Positions 24,291 through 36,078 of a stretch of 64,000 nt of DNA are shown in pieces (position 1 is the first letter of the stretch; every line of letters starts with the position of its first letter). A model generated the notes under the pieces. It was not told the DNA's origin and did not search any database. It worked only from the letters and a program-made list of their open reading frames with translations. Origin of the DNA: Leucoraja ocellata. Its lineage: Eukaryota. The DNA lies in contig JAWMAR010000026.1 in assembly GCA_036785375.1 (NCBI GenBank), forward strand, positions 7,254,001 through 7,318,000. The letters run 5' to 3'. Position numbers and translations under genes: made by a program.

Positions 24291-25660
24291 CATATACTGG
24301 TCAGGTCTGGAAGATTTAGCCGCTTTGAAGCATGTTAAACCAACCAGCATTTCCTAATACAGACCATCCTCAAGACATTACCATTAACTTAAAAATAAAC
24401 TCTGTCCTGGAGGAATAACTCAGTGGGACAGGCAGCATCTCTGGTGATCATGGATAAGTGACATTTCTGGTCGGGTCCCTACTTCAAACCTGAAACGTCA
24501 CCAATCCATGTCCTGCAGAGATGCTGCCTGGCCCGCTGAGCTACTCCAGCACTGTCATTTATTTGTATAAACCAGCATCTGCAGTTCTTTGTACCACCAC
24601 TAACTAAGTTCCCTACTCTTCATGTTCTTCTCCACACTAAAAACAGAGTAATATTAATTGAGGACCTTGCCCATCTGCTGCGGCTCCACAACACTTTGGT
24701 TTCTGAGGTGCCCTATTCTCACTCTGGTTACCCTCATTCCATTAATGTGAAATCTCTCTGCATCCAGGGTACAATCCACCTCCTTTGGTACTGAGCTATG
24801 CCGTGAGCCAGCCAGGACCATGCTTTCCATGTCTAGGATCACCAAGGCATGAATGTATCCTAGAAAGAGGGGCAGGCAGTCAGCTCGGACAGGCCACCCA
24901 GGATCCTACTGCCTGGGCCTGTGAATGGTCACCATAGAACAGATTACCGAGGAAATCCCTGACCCATCAGTCAGAAGAAGGGTTCATCATCGGTGAAAAC
25001 ATTAACGACGGAGTGGTGCTGGTTTACAACGGGAACAGTGACAGACGCACCACACATCTCTGTCCTCCAGCTCCTGCGGATTTCTGCCGCTGGAGGTATA
25101 GGATTTTGGTGTGTGTGCTTTATCATCATTCCTTACAATGCTACCGTACGACAGTGATCGCAACTTCTACTGAAGTGTGGGTGGCCGTTGGCTCGCTAGA
25201 AGCTCATCTGCCCTTTGACTGGTCTTGTTTTTGGTCCTGCTCTGGGTCCACAGCCTCCTGCTCACCGGGCAAACCAGGTGGGGGAGACAGTTTAGTCGCC
25301 GACTACCCGACCATGGAGCAGGTAGCACGGGATTACATGGTTCCCATGGCGGGGGGAACTCCCCCGACCTGACAAGAAAAGAAGGGCCCTGACATGAAAT
25401 ATCATCTGTCCATTCCATCTGCAGATGAAGGAATGTATGAAACATTATAGGATACCTAGGTACAGTGAAATGGTTTGTTTTGCATACAACCTAAGCCCTA
25501 CGCAAGTGTCGTCACATGTTGCCGCTGACCAAGTTAAAATTGTACCGAAGTCTTCTCCACTATCTGCTGCCACATGTGGGAGGAGCACCATCCTGTTCCC
25601 CCTATGCCCCCCCACCCCACCCCCTGCTGCCCCCCCCCCCCTCCCCCCCCCATTGTTCTC

Positions 25661-25781
25661 GATGGACCGAGCGCAGGTATATGGGACTAGGGGAGATTAT
25701 GTGTTCGGCACGGACTAGAAGGGTCGAGATGGCCTGTTTCCGTGCTGTAATTGTTATATGGTTATATGGTTATATGGACCC
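25661..25781 (+). mobile_element. 5'-truncated CR1 3' end with (TTATATGG)n tail, ATGGACC duplicated at both ends
   Basis: Reverse complement of 6738-6860. ATGGACC occurs at both junctions. Confidence 0.7.
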
Positions 25782-26670
25782 CCACACTGGGTCAACCCTT
25801 TGTACTCAGCGGCTCTCAGCCGGGTTCCGCAGTGCCTTCCCCGGTCCAGCTCACTCTCTGAACCCGCCACGCTCTTTGTAGCTCAATGCCGATTCGGAGC
25901 TCGCTGTGGGGAAGCCGGGCCTTCCAGGCAGGTCCTCTATTATTGGTCCCCGGCGGGCGATCCTCGTTCCTCTTATAGCGGTGGGCGAGTCCTCCGTCGT
26001 GGGCCCACGATGGGCGAGTCGGGCCTGCCCGCCGGGAGCAACCAGATCTTGAGGAGCATTCCCTACCAATACTCAAACAAGGGCTGCAACCTCCTGCAAT
26101 CTATGTACCCACAAAACAAGAATGTGCTCTGTGGGGCAGAAGGTGCCAGGTACGTGTCTGATAGGCCAGGGATTGCAGCTGCCCAAGATAACCAAGAGCT
26201 TCAAAGTTCCTAGATGTAAATAGCACCAGGTTATTGATTAGGAAGGGCATCAAAGGTTACGGGGAGAATGGCAGAGCAGACTCGATGGGCTGAATGCCAG
26301 AATTCTGCTAACATGGCCTAACTCATGTTCATAAGTGATGAGCAGAATTAGTCCATTTGGCCCATCAAGTCTACTCTGCCATTCAATCATGGCTGATCTA
26401 TCCCATACTTCTCAATCCTATTCGCCTGCCTTCTCCCCATAATCTCTGACACCCGTACTAATCAAGAATCTATATCTAGCTATGCATTAAAAATATATAG
26501 TGACTTGGCCTCCACAGCTTTCTGTGGCAATGAATTCCACAGATTAACCACCCACTGACTAAAGAAACCCTCGTCATCTCCTTCCTAAAATTACCATCCT
26601 TTAATTCTGAGGCTATAACCTCTGGTCTTCGATGGCTGAATGGCAGAATTGTGCCCCATGGACTAACTCT

Positions 26671-27053
26671 ATGGGCTGAATGGACTAACTGGATGGGCTG
26701 AATAGACTAACTGCATGGGCTGAATGGACTAACTGGATGGGCTGAATAGACTAACTGCATGGGCTGAATGGACTAACTGGATGGGCTGAATAGACTAACT
26801 CTATGGGCTGAATGGACTAACTGGATGGGCTGAATGGACTCACGCTATGGGCTGAATAGACTAACTCTATGGGCTGAATGGACTAACTGGATGGCTGAAT
26901 AGACTAACTGGATGGGCTGAATAGACTAACTGCATGGGCTGAATGGACTAACTGGATGGGCTGAATAGACTAACTGGATAGGCTGAATGGACTAACTGCA
27001 TGGGCTGAATGGACTAACTGGATGGGCTGAATAGACTAACTGCATGGGCTGAA
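26671..27053 (+). repeat. 22-bp minisatellite, about 17.5 copies (ATGGGCTGAAT[G/A]GACTAACT[GG/GC/CT])
   Basis: Period 22 counted (26671, 26693, 26715 ... 27044), with one 1-nt deletion at ~26891. Confidence 0.95.
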
Positions 27054-27249
27054 AGGAATTAGCTTTAGCTCGTAGGGCTAAAGGAATCAAGGGATATGGA
27101 GAAAAAGCACGAATATTGATTTTGGATGATCAGCCATGATCATATTGAATGGCCTACTCCTGCATCTATTTTCTATGTTTCTATGTCTAACTGGAAGGGC
27201 CGAATGGCCTAATTCAGCTCCTGTGTCCCAGGGTCTCGTGTGGTCCTTG

Positions 27250-27560
27250 CGATGGCCCCGCCCCGTCCACCGCCATTGGGTGCCCGGGCAGGGGGCGTGG
27301 CTTGCATGCACAATAAGATCACATGACCGATCACGTGAAAGAGAAAGCGCTGCAAGATGTCGGCGAATGAACAGTAAGTGGTTACTGGGATCTTCGGCGG
27401 CTGGGGTTTGGCGTCGGGTGGGAGTTGGGTGGGTGGGTGATGGGGAAGAGACCGGGTAAGGGGCGGCCGGAGCCGGGCGGGCGAGCGAGTGACCGCCGTC
27501 TGCGCTCCAGGCAGGGTCCGGGTAACGGGGCCGGACTCGACTGTTAGCCGGGCACTTGAT
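27250..27560 (+). promoter_or_regulatory. PEPD CpG-rich, TATA-less promoter / exon 1 island
   Basis: GC box CCCCGCCCC (27256), reverse CCAAT (27275), SP/KLF GGGGCGTGGC (~27292), tandem E-boxes TCACATGA (27319) and TCACGTGA (27331). High CpG density continues into intron 1. Confidence 0.75.
27357..27373 (+). CDS. PEPD: PEPD coding exon 1 (MSANE-Q), 17 nt
   Basis: AAG-ATG in a GC-rich promoter, then ATGTCGGCGAATGAACA|gtaagt. The 17 coding nt (phase 2) join exon 2 in frame, the same arrangement as recalled for human PEPD exon 1. Confidence 0.85.
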
Positions 27561-28114
27561 CACTCTGTTTAAGAAGGAACTGCAGATGCTGGAACTGAGA
27601 CTCTGGTGCTCAATAAAAGCTTTTAAAACTCCAAGGAAAATTATGGAAGGCTCTTTCTGGAGAACAGGACAGTTTGCCGAATGAAGACCTTGACTCAGTC
27701 TATCACATTTAGTGCTTGGATGCGACGTTTCTGCTCGTTCTTATTGTTTTGCGGACGGTTGAGATATGGTGGAATCGAGAGGAATCTGGAGAGAAAGAGG
27801 GGATGAAGTGCAGGGCAAGTCCTAATGTTTAATTAAGCATAAGTGCCTCTATGGCTGACTGGTGTATCTACTTTGTTCTTCCAAAAGTTAGTAATCCAAA
27901 AGTTAGTAATCCAACAGTTATTGGCTGGCTCCCATGGTATATTGTGGATCTGCAGTCATTTCTGGGTCTAAATTGGATGCGACATCAACAAATTTGTCCT
28001 GAATGCTTTTGATTACATTTGAGGCTATTCAGTGGTTATTTGTGCAGAGTATTCAGATTTAGGGATCTCTGGTGTGGGGTGCTCCAGCTAGTCAGCAGAT
28101 TAAGGGAAAGTGAA

Positions 28115-28710
28115 AATGAAATGAAATGCCTTTATTTGTCGTTGTAAGCACTGCATCCAACGAAATTGTTGTTGCCACTCCATTGGTGCATAACATAAAA
28201 ACACAGGACACAATTTAAAAACAATGTTAAAAACCATGTATTAAAATAAGTAATAGGTACTGTACATGGTGATAGTAAAAGTTCAAGGTGGGTAGCAGCA
28301 TGGAAGAGTGCAGCATGAATAATACTCAGTGTTTTTTCATGTTAAGTGTGAAGATTGCTTTGGGGAAGAAACTGTCTCTGAGTCTGGAGGTGTGTGTTTT
28401 GGCTAACCTGTAACGCCTGCCAGAGGGCAACAGTTCAAAAAGGTGGTGACCGGGGTGTGAGTCTTTGATGATTTTAGTGGCTGAGGTAGCGCGAGGTGGC
28501 AATATCCTCCAGAGTGGGCAGCCGGTGATTCTCTCTGCTGTTTTTACCACTCTGGAGCGCTTTCTTATCTGCAGAAGTGCAGCCTGCATACCACACTGAC
28601 ATGCAATATGTCAGTAGACTCTCAATGGTTACCAGCAGCTTCTTCTTGGTGTTGTGCCTCCTGAGCACTCTCAGGAAGTGCAGTCCCTGTTGTGCTCTCT
28701 TGACGGTTGA
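28115..28710 (-). mobile_element. Rex1/Babar LINE 3' fragment with (CATTT)n tail
   Basis: HPGHHLFELLPSGRRYRLAKTHTSRLRDSFFPKAI; TIESLLTYCMSVWYAGC. Confidence 0.8.
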
Positions 28711-31700
28711 GTAAAGAATGATTTCTAATGATCAACTGCCCCTCAGGAGTGTGAATTACATTAGATTAGGATTCTATTAAATGGTCTGTGTTTCTTGAGG
28801 CAGTATCACCACAGAATGAAGCTAGGTGGAGTGGACTAAAATGGAAAATGGCTGGAACAGTTGACCAGCGATGAGTCGCTAATCAAAAGTGAAATGATGC
28901 AAGGTCCATATTTTAATTAAAAACGTGTGGAAATATGAATGTGGTGGCTTGTTCTCCCATTCAGAATGACATGGGAACAAGATTTGGTATCAATTTCAAT
29001 TATTTACTGCTTTGAAAGATTCCTACTTTCATTTGGATTAAGTGCTGATCCATCCTTATTGTAATTTAAAAAGTATACAGTACTGCAATTCCACCTCTCC
29101 TGTGCAGCAGACAAAACTCTTAACTGCAACTCTCTCTGATCCTCTTCCTTGATAGCTAGTGGAAATACTTTCAAGGGGCTATGGCAGCTCACTGCCATCT
29201 TCATAAGGGCGAAGGATAATACATGCTGGTTGTGATGTCCAGATCATCAGCCATGAAGTAAATAGTTTTGGTTTATTTTGTCATGTGTACAGAGGTACAG
29301 TGAAAAGCTCTGTTTTTGCATGCTCTCCCAGCAGGTCTGATCTACGATACATTATACAATTGATAATAAATAATTATAAATACAAGGTAGACAATGCCAG
29401 AGTAACTTGGTGGGTCAGGGTTATGACTTAAGCTCGTGTATTCTGTTTCTCCCGAAATGCTGCCTGACCCACTGAGTTACTCCAGCATTTTGTATCTATC
29501 TTTGTTTTAAAAACCCACACCTGCAGTTCCTTCCTACACAATCAAGTATATAATAGCAAAGTGAAAGATGTAGAATGCGTTCTGCGAGCAAGATTGAGCA
29601 CACAGTAAACCTCCCCGCTGTGCAACGTGATTGAGTTTTGAGATTGTGGGATGATTCTTGGGTGAGACACAGGTAGCAACTTCTGCATTTCGAATTGTTT
29701 CTTGAAGACGTTACATCCAGGAGACAGCAGTAGTGACAGATTATCATCAATGATAGGCAGCCTTGTCAGAGCCGGAGTGGGGAGCCCGACGGGGGGCCCT
29801 GTGGTAGCTGACACCTTGAGTACTGCTGGGGTGTGCCCCTTGGTGCTGGCACCTCCAATGTTCGGGTGGCTCTGATCCTCCTCTTGATTCCTGCTGCCTG
29901 GATTGAGATTCTTACCAATAGATGCAGTGATTGGTCAGCAGTTGGCCCACCTCCCCAAGTGTCTCTGCTGCCAGATCTGGCTGGAATTCCACCTGTTTCC
30001 TCTACAGAATCGCTTGCATTTTGGCCTTGCTCTACTGCTGTGCTTGGGTGTGCCCTGTATATCTTCTGCTGGTCCCTTGTTCTGCTGAGTAGTCTGCTGC
30101 TCAGCCCTGGTGAGATACTGCACAGCACAAGTGAGTTGCATCAGCATGATTGCAGCAATATAACTTCTGCAATCACTTCAAAATTCCTCCCAGCAGGTCA
30201 ATGTTTAATCTAAACATGAAACTCATTTGCTTGATTGCCTGTGGTGTTTGCCCTGGTTTGGAATTCAGCAAGCTACTTTTAACTAGACACCAACCTCCTA
30301 GGCCACTAGGGGGAGGGGGGGAGGGAGAAAGAAGTGCTTGTCACCAGTTACTGCTCTGTGCTGGGCTGTCCCTCACACTTGCTGCCAATACTCGGATATA
30401 GTCTTCAAGCTGCACCAGAGCCATCTCTCCAGCTCACAAAAATGCTGGAGTAATTCTGGCAGCATCTCTGGTGAGAAGGAATGGGTGACGTTTCGCGTTG
30501 AGACCCTTCTTCAGACTTTCTTACACATCTCTCCGGCTCGTTGGGTTGCCACCAGAAGGATCTTTGGGCAGCATTTATTCCTGGTGGAGATAATTGTCTC
30601 CAATTGAGCTTGAACCCTCTCTTCCCCCATTCTGAGCAGATGTTTGCTGAATAATAAATGTGGTAATCAAGGAGGCCTTCAACTCTCTCGCCCACCCTCC
30701 TGTGGTAAGCTACAATCTCCTGCCACACCATCCTCCAAGCAAGATGGTCACTGCATGGGGTGCTTCATCTTACAATGTGTAAAGCAGCAGAAATCTGCCA
30801 TGGACCATTTCCAACACAAGTGTACAAACGTCAGTAGGGAAGATCATTTGGTTTTAAGAAGCACCTACACAGCACAGCTCCCAATTGTTTTCCCCCATAG
30901 TTGGTGGAGTTGAGGATAGTTAGGAAACTTGTCGAAATATACAACAGGTGGATCCAATGGATCAGTTGGAAATATGGCCAGAAAAATTGTGGGGTTAATT
31001 TGGGCAAGTGACGTGTTGTGCATTCGGAGGTGAAAAGTCAGGGGAAATGACACAGTATATGGCAGGGTCCTTTGGACCATTGATGTCATGGGATCTCTGA
31101 GTGTAAGCCCTAAGTTCCCTGTTAGTGGTGAGCGGTAAAGAAGGTGCTTAGTATGCTTGCCTTCATTGGTTGCGGTATTCAGTTCAAGTCAGAAAGTCAT
31201 GTTGCAACAGTGTGGATTTTTGGCTAGGCTGCATTTGGAGTATTGTTCTGCTTTCCCCATTACAGGAAGGATGTGGAGACTGTGGAGGGAATGGAAGAGA
31301 TTTATCAGGATGTGTAGTCTGGTTTGAACAGTATTAACTATAAGGAGAGGTTGAGTTGCTTTCTCCACAATGTTGTAAACTGAGGGGTAATCTGATAGGT
31401 TTATAAAATTGCAGGGCATAGATTGGAGCGTCATGGTCATACAACATGGAAATAGGTCCTTTGGACCAACTTGCCTCTTCTGTCCAAAATCCCCCATCTA
31501 CCTGCCCATGTTTGGTCCATATTCCTCTAAACTTTACCTATCCATAGATGGTCAGACATTTTTCAGGAGGCATAGAAGCGTCTCAACCTGAAACAGGACT
31601 CCCGGAACTGTGAAGGTTTTCTCCAGGTGCTCCGGTTTACTCCCCCACTCCATAGATGTACAGGCTTGTAGGTTATTTGGCTTCTGTAAATTGTCCCTAT

Positions 31701-32574
31701 ATTGCTAGTGTGCAGGGTGATTGCTGGTTGGCATGGACTCGGTGGGCCGAAGGGCCTGCTTCTACGCTGTATCTCTAAAGTCTAAAGATACGTTAACTAT
31801 CCATGTTCTCCAGAGCTGCTGATGGACCTGCTGAGTTACTCCAACACTTTGTGTCCTTTTGATGCTCGTTTCCAGGGTTCCATAGGTTTATGGTGAGAGG
31901 GAAAGTTCAAAGCAAGCAAGTGTTCTTAGAGTAGTAAGTGCCTGGAATGCGCTGCCATGGGTGGCAATGTTTAAGAAGTATTTAGACAGGCACATGTATA
32001 GGCAAGGGATGAGAGGGGATATAAACAAATGTGCATGCCATTGGGATTATTTTAATTTGCCATCATGGGCAGCACGTTTGTGGTGGGCTGAAGGGCCTGC
32101 CCCTGTGCCCTACTATTTTATACAAATGAGTTTACATTTTTACATTTTTAATAAATGCTGAGCAATTAATTGGTATTGGCCTTCGATTATGCTTTTATTG
32201 GGATCATATGGCACATCATTGCTGATGGATGCAAAATATTTTTTGGCTTCTGCTACCACCAGATAATGAGGCAGTTTATGTCTTTATGATGCCAGGCCTA
32301 GTCACGATGTAGATATGGGCTGATTAACTTGCTCATAACATTCTTGGCACAAGTTCAAGCCATTAACCATCCACTATGAGCATTTACATGTTCCCTTGAA
32401 TTTTGTTGGCATTGTTGTGACTGAGACCCCACTGCCAGCATCCTGATGTTCCACTTGGATACCTTGCAACCCAACCAATCTCCCAATTTCAAGCAATACC
32501 CCCTCTCCTTCCACTGCGTGCAGACCTGCTCCCCGCACCTCAGCACCCATTTCTCCATATATACCCATTCTGTG

Positions 32575-33095
32575 CCGTATAGACAAAGTCTACGGCTTTG
32601 CCCTCATCAACCTTTTTGGTTACTTCAAAACATTCGATCAGATTCATGGAATACGAGCTCCCGCATATAAAACCCTGCTGGATATCCTTCATCAGCCCCT
32701 GTCTTTCCCAATGCATATATATCATCCCTCTGAATCCTCTCCGGTAACTTTCTACCTCGGGTATTAATCTCACTGGTCTATAGTTCCCAGACTTTTCCTT
32801 GCATTGTCTTAAATAGAGGTGCAACATTAGCCACCCTCCAGTCTTCCAGCACCTCAGCTGTGTCTGATGATGATTTCTATATCTCAGCCAGGGCTTCTAC
32901 AATTTCTGCTCTAGCTTCCCTCAAATGTTCTTGGATATATCTGATCAGGACCAGGAGATGTATCTACTCTCATATGCCTTGGGAGATCTACCACACCCCT
33001 ACCTATAATACAGATTGTCTGAAATCTCCATTAACTGTCCAGAGTTTGCCAGTCTTCATGTCTTTCACCATTGTAAAAGCAGTGGTGAAATGTTA
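32575..33095 (-). mobile_element. CR1 RT N-terminal fragment
   Basis: GNYRPVRL...QQGF..G.S...NLIECFE.VTKKVDEGKAVD.VY motif. Confidence 0.8.
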
Positions 33096-33319
33096 ATTGA
33101 GTTAATATTTTGGGCTTCCCCCCCCCCCCCCCCCTCCTAACACAGCATGGCAGTTTCTTTGTTACAAGAGTAATGACAGCTTAGGAAGGTGGGTCACTGT
33201 CATCTTGGGGATAACAGTGAAGAGCAGTAAATGCTTGCGTCTGGTGACACCATTATCCCATTCTTTCTCAGTACTGTCTATTGAAAGCCATTCGGTTCGC
33301 CCCGCTCCCCACTTTTGCC

Positions 33320-33830
33320 AAGAACCCACCATCGAAGGGATCTGCAGGAGGCACTGCCTCAAAAAAGCAGGCAATGGCAAAGACCTATGCCACCCTGGCC
33401 ATGCTCTCATCTCGCTGCTACTATCAGGAAGAAGTTACAGGAGTCTGAAAATCATGACCACCAGGTTCAAGAACAGCTTCTTCCCAGCAACCATTGGGCT
33501 CTTGAACACCCTGCCCAACACTTATTTTAGTTTAGAGATACAACGTGGAAACAGGCCCTCGGTCCACCGAGTCCTCACCAACCAGCGATCCCTGCACATT
33601 AACACTATCCTGCACTAGGGACAATTTTTACATTTATGTCAAGTCAATTAACCTACAAACCTGTACATCTTTGGAGTGTGGGAAGAAACCAAATTTCTTG
33701 GAGAAAACCCACATTGGTCATGGGGAGAACGTACAAACTCCCTACCGACAAACACCCACAGTCAGGATCAAACCCGCATCTCTGGCATTGTAAGGCAGCA
33801 ACTCTACCGTTGTGCCATCGTGCTGCCAAA
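33320..33830. mobile_element. Rex1 fragment (33320-33510, +) abutting a V-SINE-like element (33525-33830, -)
   Basis: SGRSYRSLKIMTTRFKNSFFPATI, followed by a SINE with a (TTTAG) tail and reverse GAGTTTGTACGTTCTCCCC core. Confidence 0.75.
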
Positions 33831-35654
33831 CCTAGGCAACTTTAATCTTCCAATCTAAAGAAACGTTCCTTATCCATGTTCTCCAGGGTTGCTGCCTGTC
33901 CTGCTGAGTTATTCCGGCACTTTTTTTTTGTAGTTCTTTGTTTGTACAACAGTGATTTTCTTTGGGCTGTGACTTTTGAATTGAATAAATGTCATTAGGC
34001 AAGTATGTATACACACAAGGAATTTGCCTAGGGTGCATTGCTCACAAGTAGCATCATGATATACAGTAGACAATTAAAAATAAAACAGTGTAAACTTATG
34101 AAGAATGAAATAAAATAATATATACAATACCGTTTATTTGTCATTTGAACCTCACATGAAGTTCAAACGAAATTTGGTTTCTGCAGTCGTACAAGAAAAG
34201 AACCAAGACACACACCAACACAATTTACACACACATCCATCACAGTGAATCTCCACCTCACTGTGATGGAAGGCAAAGTCTTGTCTCTCCCCTGCTCTCC
34301 ATTCTTCTCCCGAAGTCAAAGTCAAAGCCCCCGGCAGGCGCTAGCAAGTCCGCGGCCATTTAAAGCTGCGCCGGGCGATGTAAGGCCCCGCTCCAGGTCA
34401 CTCTCATACCAGAGCACAAGGAGGCTACAGACGTTTGGCTGTTGAGTAGAGCTACTGCTCATGGGAAAAAAAAGCTGTTTTTATGTCTGGATGTGGCGGC
34501 TTTGACAGTCCGGAGTTGCCTTCCAGAGGGAAGTAATTCAAAGAGTTTGTGGCCAGGGCGAGGGGTCAGAGATGATCTTACCCACTCTCTTCCTGGTCCT
34601 TGCAGTTTGTCGATGGTGGGGGAAGGCTGCAGCCAACAACCTTCTCGGCTGTTCAAATGATGTGCTGATCGAATGGTGCACTATAGTCTTTGGTTTTGCA
34701 CTATTATGGTTACCTAATTACAGTTATTTGTCTCATTTATTATATCTTTACCTATTATTATGGTTATGAATCTGCAGCAAGAAAAAAACCCCCATTGTTC
34801 TGCTGCTGGTACATTTGACAAATAAGCACCCTTGACTCTTTTTCAATAATATTTTTAATTATATTCATGTTGACCTTAAAGGAGATGCTTTATAGAACAC
34901 AGTAACCATCATGCCTGAAAGTTTTTCCCAAGTGATTGATCTTTTGTGTTTTCTGCTATAATTTGTGGGTCATCATCCCCTTTTTCCATTTCAAGTGAAT
35001 AGTGTTGTGCCTCTGGTCCCCACAATGGGTACTGTAACTCAGTCTGATATTCTATTCCCCTCAAGTAGTGTTACTACTTGTTGGTGATTCAGAAGATTGC
35101 TGATGCTGGAATCTAGAGCAAAGCACGAAGTGCAGGAGGAAAACAACGGGTCAGGCAGCATCTATAGAGGTAAATGGACAGATGTTTTGGGTTGCTTCCT
35201 CTTCAGAGGCAGCCTGACCCACTGGGTTCTTCAAGCATTTGTGTTTTGCTCAAGATTTCAGCATCTGTTGTCCCTTGATGACTGGATCAGATTTCAGTAT
35301 CTGATGTTGGAGTGAGTATTGGACAACTCGTTAAGGATGACTCCCTGAGCCATCATGAAATAGGACCATGTGAGTTTCCAGGGGGCCAGGTTTCATGTCT
35401 GCTATGTCAGGTTTACCCAAGTTGAACAAAAGAGAAAATAAACAGAGTGCAGAGTATTGTGTTACATCTTCAGAGAAAATACAAGTAAGAGAAATTTTGA
35501 AAGGTGTGTTTCTGATAGTTCAGTACTCCACTGGAGGGTTGGCGTGAGACTTGAACCCTTTAACTTAAACTCATGGCTGAGAGTAATCCTGAGATGTGGT
35601 TCTTCCAGCCAGGCTGTCTCTTGGAGATTTGGAGATTTCAGAGTTTTTACTGAA

Positions 35655-35842
35655 GATAGACACAAAATGCCGGAGTAACTGAGCGGCACAGGCAGCATCT
35701 CTGGAGAGAAGGAATGGGTGACATTTTGGGTCAGGACCCTCCTTCAGACTGACCCTCCTTCGATGCTGCCTGTCCCGCTGAGTTACTCCAGCATGTTGTG
35801 TCTATCGTTGGTTTAAACCAGCAAATGCAGTTCCTTCCTACT
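35655..35842. mobile_element. Fold-back (inverted pair) of the Penelope-type terminal element
   Basis: GATAGACACAAAATGCCGGAGTAACTGAGCGGCACAGGCAGCATC ... GATGCTGCCTGTCCCGCTGAGTTACTCCAGCATGTTGTGTCTATC. Confidence 0.8.
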
Positions 35843-35894
35843 CATTTGTACTGCTGGGTGTTGATGTATTGCCTGTAATACCTTCCTCTTTTAG

Positions 35895-36078
35895 GCCCTC
35901 CATGTCGCTGGGAAATGAGACCCTCAGGGTTCCCATGGCCCTGTTTGCCTTGAATAGGCAACGGCTGTGTGAAAGACTGCGCAAGAATGCTGCGGTGCCG
36001 AAGAAGTCAGTAATGCTGCTGCAGGGTGGAGAGCAGGCGCAGCGTTACTGCACTGATACCGACGTCGTTTTCCGTCAG
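35895..36078 (+). CDS. PEPD: PEPD exon 2 (184 nt)
   Basis: ttttag|G CCC...CGT CAG|gtaagg. Encodes [61 protein letters not shown], matching the prolidase N-terminus (human [31 protein letters not shown]). Confidence 0.97.

Noticed and set aside
26671-27053. Regular short repeats superficially like a CRISPR array
   Set aside because: Units are contiguous with no unique spacers, there are no cas genes, and the context is vertebrate. It is a minisatellite.
27880-27913. 15-bp tandem duplication CCAAAAGTTAGTAAT x2
   Set aside because: Ordinary slippage duplication in intron 1.
29640-30170. Several overlapping ORFs in intron 1
   Set aside because: Probably a decayed retroelement; I could not assign a family or find splice support.
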